From Botryllus schlosseri (Eukaryota): a stretch of 64,000 bases of DNA. A model generated the notes under the pieces. It worked only from the letters and a program-made list of their open reading frames with translations, was not told the origin of the DNA and made no database searches. Below are positions 62,900-64,000 of the stretch, one piece after another. How positions within the stretch are numbered: the stretch's first letter is position 1; each line of letters starts with the position of its first letter. The DNA lies in NCBI GenBank assembly GCA_051294905.1, contig CM119371.1, positions 29,514,001 through 29,578,000 on the forward strand, in the 5' to 3' direction. The translations under genes were made by a program, and so were the position numbers.

Positions 62900-64000
62900 T
62901 CAATTTTTTAACGACCCGACGCCGGAGTGCAATAGTGCATGGGACGTTAACCTTGACTTGCGATAAAATTCCATCCCGCATTCGTCACATCTAAATTCTC
63001 TGAAACCGAAATGAATATTCATGTGCGACTTTAAATCGGATTTCCGACGAAACGCCCAGTTGCATATTTCGCAGTTATGCATATTTACATCGAAATGAAT
63101 AAGCATGTGCGACCCTAGGCTAAATTTACTGCGAAACTCCAGCCCGCATACATCGCATTCAAACATTTTGATGCCGAAATGAATTCGAAAGTGCGTCCGT
63201 AAGTTTGATATAGAAGTGAACGTCTTGTTGCAAATATCACAGCGATGCTGTCTTGCGTCGATGTGAATCAGTGAATGTGCAGTTACATCGTGTTTTCGAT
63301 GAAACGCCTTTCCGCATATCCCACATACATATTCTTTGTTCTTAGTATGAATTCTTAAATGCAGTTTCAAGCTACGGCGAGCTGCATATACTTTTCCGCA
63401 GATCTCACAACTGTAGGTCGCCTGATCCCAGTGAACTGCAGCGTGCGTCTCCAAATACTGCAGTAGACGAAACTCTTTTCCGCAAACATCGCATTTATAT
63501 TCTTTTGCATTTGCGTGATTCAAGACATGGTCTTTGTAGTTCGCTTTCCTTCGGAATCTTTTGTTGCAGATATCGCATTTATATGCCTTGACGTCCGAAT
63601 GAATGGAAACATGGCTTCTGTAATTTGCTTTAGATCGAAATCGTTTGTTGCAGATAGCGCACTGATATTTTTTATCATTGGTGTGAATCAACGAATGTTG
63701 TTGTAAGCGATACTTTCCCATAAAAACCTTCCCACATATATCACACTCGAACGTTTTGTTACTTGTGTGAATTTTCATGTGAAGCCTCAGGTTGATTTTG
63801 TTAACATATATTTTCCCGCATATTTCACACTCGCACTGTTCACGCCGGACGTGAATTTTCAGATGCTTTTTTATCCTGGTTTTTGAAGCGAATGCTTTTC
63901 CGCATACATTACACTCATAGTCTTTAACTCCAGCGTGAATTTCTATGTGCTGTTTCATGTTTGCCTTCGTAGCGAATGCCCTTCCGCAAACATCGCACTC
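62900..64000 (-). CDS. Poly-C2H2 zinc-finger protein (5' end beyond window)
   Basis: Open frame to the window edge with 13 tandem CxxC-x12-HxxxH fingers at 28-aa spacing; stop at 62900-62902. Confidence 0.95.
   Translation of the reverse strand, partial: ECDVCGRAFATKANMKQHIEIHAGVKDYECNVCGKAFASKTRIKKHLKIHVRREQCECEICGKIYVNKINLRLHMKIHTSNKTFECDICGKVFMGKYRLQQHSLIHTNDKKYQCAICNKRFRSKANYRSHVSIHSDVKAYKCDICNKRFRRKANYKDHVLNHANAKEYKCDVCGKEFRLLQYLETHAAVHWDQATYSCEICGKVYAARRSLKLHLRIHTKNKEYVCGICGKAFHRKHDVTAHSLIHIDARQHRCDICNKTFTSISNLRTHFRIHFGIKMFECDVCGLEFRSKFSLGSHMLIHFDVNMHNCEICNWAFRRKSDLKSHMNIHFGFREFRCDECGMEFYRKSRLTSHALLHSGVGSLKN

Overview
AT-rich, transposon-dense animal DNA, probably tunicate/ascidian. 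That assignment is an inference from the gene family and the 61-70 bp minimal introns. The window holds two tandem, same-strand paralogues of a class A 7TM receptor related to GRL101/relaxin-type (LGR) receptors. Copy 1 (828-9586) shows only its 7TM exons, because the 5' part lies left of the window, and it carries an in-frame TAG where copy 2 has TGG. Copy 2 can be spliced by hand from 19 GT-AG exons (27383-59357) into one open frame of about 729 aa: signal peptide, Cys-rich LDLa-like modules, no leucine-rich repeats, then 7TM. A poly-C2H2 zinc-finger gene runs off the right edge on the minus strand. Introns and the spacer are packed with hAT-type MITEs (8-bp TSDs, often nested), a 4.2-kb P-superfamily element with perfect 59-bp TIRs, hATm-like and Charlie-like transposase relics, three LINE 3' ends, a tRNA-derived SINE and fold-back elements. 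No prokaryotic systems, CRISPR arrays or intact tRNA/rRNA genes were seen. All calls were made by eye and no database searches were run.
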